Below are positions 52,310 through 64,000 of a stretch of 64,000 nt of DNA, in pieces (within the stretch, counting starts at the first letter, position 1; every line of letters starts with the position of its first letter). Where the stretch lies: sequence record PV754031.1. One strand, 5' to 3'. The position numbers were made by a program, and so were the translations under genes. Below the pieces are notes generated by a model. The model had not been told where the DNA came from, searched no databases, and saw only the letters and a list, made by a program, of their open reading frames with translations.

Positions 52310-54463
52310 TTAATACCAACTATTTCTAGAATATCTGTTAATACGCACTCTACGTGTACGCTCTGCACGAGCTTGATTTAACATGGCATCAATACCTACA
52401 CCACTGCTATCATCAATATTAACACGTTTAGACAATTGTTTCAAACGCATTTCTAATTTAGCTGCAATCATCGGGTTCTTTTCACCGCGAAGCTGCTCAA
52501 TTATCTCTTCAAATTCTTTGCGACCTTGCTGTTCTTTCTCTTCATGATATTTTTCAAGTTGACTTGGTTCTTTATCACGTAATTTTGATTTACCTAAGAT
52601 GGGAACATTGATACCATAATAAGATAAATTCTTACCTTGTATTAATAACCAGTGGGCTAATAATAATGATACCACTAAGTCGTCATGGTTCCCCTTAGCA
52701 TGGTCAATTCTACCATTACGGATAGTAAGTGCTAATAACTCCGTGCTAAGTGGTTTATCATAGATGGTCCTTACCCCATAATGCATTGCTGATGGTAATG
52801 CCACCTTAAATAGATTATCACGAGAATACTCACCAGTACCTGACGTTGCATAACCAAAATAACGTTTAAACCTATCATAGAACGATGGTTGTCTTGCTGA
52901 TAGCGGAGTCTGAATGTCTCTGAAATCATTTTCTCTTTCTGATGATTCATTGACAATTCTGTTAAAGATACGCCGGAATGGATCTACTCCTTTAGTATGT
53001 AGAATCAAGATAACATGGTCAATTAACGATATACCTATTGATTTACGTTCTGGTATCCAAAGAATATTAGGATATCTCAATAGCATTGTTGCAAAGAAAT
53101 TACCCATTGATGGCACTGATGATTCATTGTATCTACCAACACACATAACCTCATGTGTTTCTACGTCAACTACAACTGTGCCAGTGGCGTCATTATCTTC
53201 ACCAAGAAGTTCAGATGGGTCGGTACCCATAACGAACCTACCCTTCATCATCCGTGAGGCTACTTCATCTTTTGGTATATACCAACGAAGTGTATAACCA
53301 TCATCCGTGATTTCTGTCCAGCTTGGCTCACGCATATTGTTTTTAAGTTTATCTTTCTCATCTGATGATAAGGGTGAACCTTCACCACCAACTGTCCAAA
53401 TATTGAAGAAGTCCCTATCGGCAATTTCACCGAATGAACCTGATTCACGAAGTGTGTTATATAACCACTCATCGGTACGTCCTAATTGACGGTGGTTAAA
53501 TGCACCATAAACTAGAGGTTTCTTTCCAGTAGTGCCTTTTTCTACAACACGATGTAGAGTTTTCTGATCTGGTAGATCAAAGAATTCCTCTGACCATGGG
53601 CAGCCACCTGTTAAGAAGTGATATGCAAATTCACCATCACGGGTAGTGATGTTACCAGCTGTAGTTGTATAGATGTTACCATAAGGCTGGTTCTCACGGC
53701 GAGCTTCATCACGAGCTGCTGAACCTGATGCAAGTGCAACAGGTAGTGAAACACCAATTAAATTAATATATGCAAGTTCGTCAAAGTGCATATTTGGTAC
53801 TGTAAGACCACGACCTAATTTATCAGCTGCGTTAACATCATTTCGACCAACAGCTGTTAGATACCTATTACCTAATCTAATACATGTCATCAATTCGGAG
53901 TTATCCGCATCTAATGGATCAGTATAGTGGATATACTCTGGTAACAAATCACGCATTACTTTTAGACGCTCGATGTTAGCATTGCGTAGTTTGTTATCTT
54001 TAGTAATAAGGTTAATCTTAGTGTTCTCACCCCAGATATACATCATGCCTGTATTGAGCACGTCAGTTGATACGGACTTACCTGTCTGACGAGGCTGTAA
54101 TAAACCAAAATCTACGTGATTGAAATAACACCAGAATAAAGCAATATTACCACGGTTAGCTTGGAATGGAATTGGGTTATTACCCGAGTTAGGGGGGATT
54201 CTTGCCACTTCCCTAAAAAAATACCAAGGATTATATTTGCATTCCATGTTAATACGGAACTTCATTTCTTCGCTAAGATTAGGGTCATATGGATCCACCC
54301 CAATTAAACCTTGGTCCAATATAGCTAGTATAAATTTGTAATTTTTAATACCCATCTTTTTATAAGTCAAGGCTAACTTTATAAAAGATTTATTTTTAGT
54401 AGTAAGATCAACACTAGCGCTGTAGTATTTATCCCAATCACTATTGAAAAGTATAACGTCCAT
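52310..54463 (-). CDS. terL: Terminase large subunit (phiKZ gp025-like)
   Basis: PRQTGKS Walker A, HFDE Walker B, YTTTAG coupling motif, GTDP and HDD nuclease motifs; 717 aa. Confidence 0.92.
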   Translation of the reverse strand: MDVILFNSDWDKYYSASVDLTTKNKSFIKLALTYKKMGIKNYKFILAILDQGLIGVDPYDPNLSEEMKFRINMECKYNPWYFFREVARIPPNSGNNPIPFQANRGNIALFWCYFNHVDFGLLQPRQTGKSVSTDVLNTGMMYIWGENTKINLITKDNKLRNANIERLKVMRDLLPEYIHYTDPLDADNSELMTCIRLGNRYLTAVGRNDVNAADKLGRGLTVPNMHFDELAYINLIGVSLPVALASGSAARDEARRENQPYGNIYTTTAGNITTRDGEFAYHFLTGGCPWSEEFFDLPDQKTLHRVVEKGTTGKKPLVYGAFNHRQLGRTDEWLYNTLRESGSFGEIADRDFFNIWTVGGEGSPLSSDEKDKLKNNMREPSWTEITDDGYTLRWYIPKDEVASRMMKGRFVMGTDPSELLGEDNDATGTVVVDVETHEVMCVGRYNESSVPSMGNFFATMLLRYPNILWIPERKSIGISLIDHVILILHTKGVDPFRRIFNRIVNESSERENDFRDIQTPLSARQPSFYDRFKRYFGYATSGTGEYSRDNLFKVALPSAMHYGVRTIYDKPLSTELLALTIRNGRIDHAKGNHDDLVVSLLLAHWLLIQGKNLSYYGINVPILGKSKLRDKEPSQLEKYHEEKEQQGRKEFEEIIEQLRGEKNPMIAAKLEMRLKQLSKRVNIDDSSGVGIDAMLNQARAERTRRVRINRYSRNSWY

Positions 54464-54570
54464 ACACTGCCCTTTAAGGTACTTATTTTAATGTGCCATA
54501 ATAAAGCCGTATTGAACGGCAATTGTAAAGTATAGTCTCATATGGATAATGTGTTAAAAGACGTTATAAA

Positions 54571-54595
54571 GCCCCCTAGGTGATTCCTAGGGGGC
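54571..54595 (-). terminator. Terminator
   Basis: GCCCCCTAGG-5nt-CCTAGGGGGC-TTTAT on - strand. Confidence 0.8.
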
Positions 54596-54602
54596 AGTAT
54601 AT

Positions 54603-62149
<7,547 letters not shown>

Positions 62150-62177
62150 GTGGGTGGCTTTCAGAATGAGGAAAAGT

Positions 62178-63061
<884 letters not shown>

Positions 63062-63062
<1 letters not shown>

Positions 63063-63244
63063 TGGCAAAAGTATATCCGATGGTCCCACCTGGGAAGACT
63101 CGCAACCAAGATCAGAACTTTGATATCAATGCATTCTTTTCTCCCGATGTAGTTGCGGCTGGCAATGGTCTGGTTAGTCAACTTCGGCGAAATGCTCAAA
63201 CTGAAAAGAATGAGCAGACTGTCGGTACTAACCAAAAAAGCTAA
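63062..63244 (+). CDS. 60 aa hypothetical protein
   Basis: TAATG overlap with the tube gene. Confidence 0.6.
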
Positions 63245-63252
63245 AGCATATC

Positions 63253-63276
63253 GCCTCCCTTCGGGGAGGCTTTATG
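63253..63276 (+). terminator. Intrinsic terminator; 28 bp identical to 31165..31192 (- strand)
   Basis: ATATCGCCTCCCTTCGGGGAGGCTTTAT. Confidence 0.85.
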
Positions 63277-63295
63277 TTGTTAAAAACTATGCTAA

Positions 63296-63318
63296 AAAAT
63301 AATTAAGATATATATTAC
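63296..63318 (+). promoter_or_regulatory. Early-type promoter
   Basis: AATTAAGATA-TATATTAC (core 63311-63318). Confidence 0.7.
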
Positions 63319-63371
63319 ATGTTTGCTTATTCAATAAGTAAAACTAGATTGTAAATTTTAGAGAGGTTAAA

Positions 63372-64000
63372 ATGAAAATTAATGAACTTACAAATACTGA
63401 TTTATTATTAGAAAACCACACTATTAATAAAATTGATTGTTTACTAGGATTACTTTATAAACATAACTTCGATAAAGAATTTACATCTAAAATTAATTTT
63501 GGTATTCTAACGCAAATGACATATCAGAAGGATGATGTCAGTTTCGTAGTGAAGCCTAGCTTTGAACAAGGTTTTATTAATATCACTTTTAGTAATGATA
63601 CATCATGGAATGTTAATTTTGCACTCATCGATGGTAAACCTAAATACATTGGTTATACTGATCAAGAAGTGACAATTGAAGAGCCGCATAGCAGGGAATA
63701 TTACACTCTAACAAGTGAGAGTATTCGGCAATTAACAATTCAAGTATTAATTAATACATGGTATCAAGTAAATAATATTCCAAGCGAAGTATACGAGTAT
63801 CAACATCACTGGAAACTGGATAAAAATATTCTTAACGATGATGATATTATTCGATACTATTATCGTTTCATTTTAGCTACCTATTGGGGAATGCCAACAC
63901 CTGATAGACAAGCTACATTTGAAAAGTGGTTAGAAAATGACATTGCAAATGGGGAAGGTGATGACACAACTAATAGTCATTTAAAATGGCTATTCAAACA
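63372..64000 (+). CDS. Hypothetical protein, truncated by the window end
   Basis: GAGG RBS, MKINELTNTDLLLENH..., open to the end. Confidence 0.65.
   Translation, partial: MKINELTNTDLLLENHTINKIDCLLGLLYKHNFDKEFTSKINFGILTQMTYQKDDVSFVVKPSFEQGFINITFSNDTSWNVNFALIDGKPKYIGYTDQEVTIEEPHSREYYTLTSESIRQLTIQVLINTWYQVNNIPSEVYEYQHHWKLDKNILNDDDIIRYYYRFILATYWGMPTPDRQATFEKWLENDIANGEGDDTTNSHLKWLFK

Overview
AT-rich segment of a lytic jumbo phage. Gene content, order and protein sizes match my recollection of Pseudomonas phage phiKZ or a very close Phikzvirus relative; gp numbers below come from recalled synteny, not from a database search. Layout: (1) 1-23.4 kb, a + strand run of about 50 small accessory genes, including a deaminase-fold protein, a degenerate GIY-YIG, DUF4262, two ADP-ribosyltransferase-like proteins, a BCS1-like AAA ATPase, an HslV-like and a TYW3-like protein; (2) 23.4-37.3 kb, a - strand block with 7 tRNAs (Thr, 2 identical Asn, Asp, CAU probably Ile2, Pro, Leu), a kelch protein, an inner-head-family protein, nrdB and nrdA; (3) 37.6-52.3 kb, + strand genes including DHFR and a GC-richer early block with the probable ribosome-binding protein gp014; (4) 52.3-64 kb, terminase large subunit, three virion proteins, tail sheath and tail tube. 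Main new observation: an exactly spaced motif, A-rich-TAC-N14-TATGTA, occurs 9 times. It precedes the tRNA units and two ORFs, and also three ORF-less, hairpin-rich, terminator-ended units (21101+, 27751-, 31304-), which are candidate phage small RNAs. The 31304 unit displays anti-Shine-Dalgarno-like C-rich loops. No CRISPR array, integrase, transposase, intron or intein was seen.
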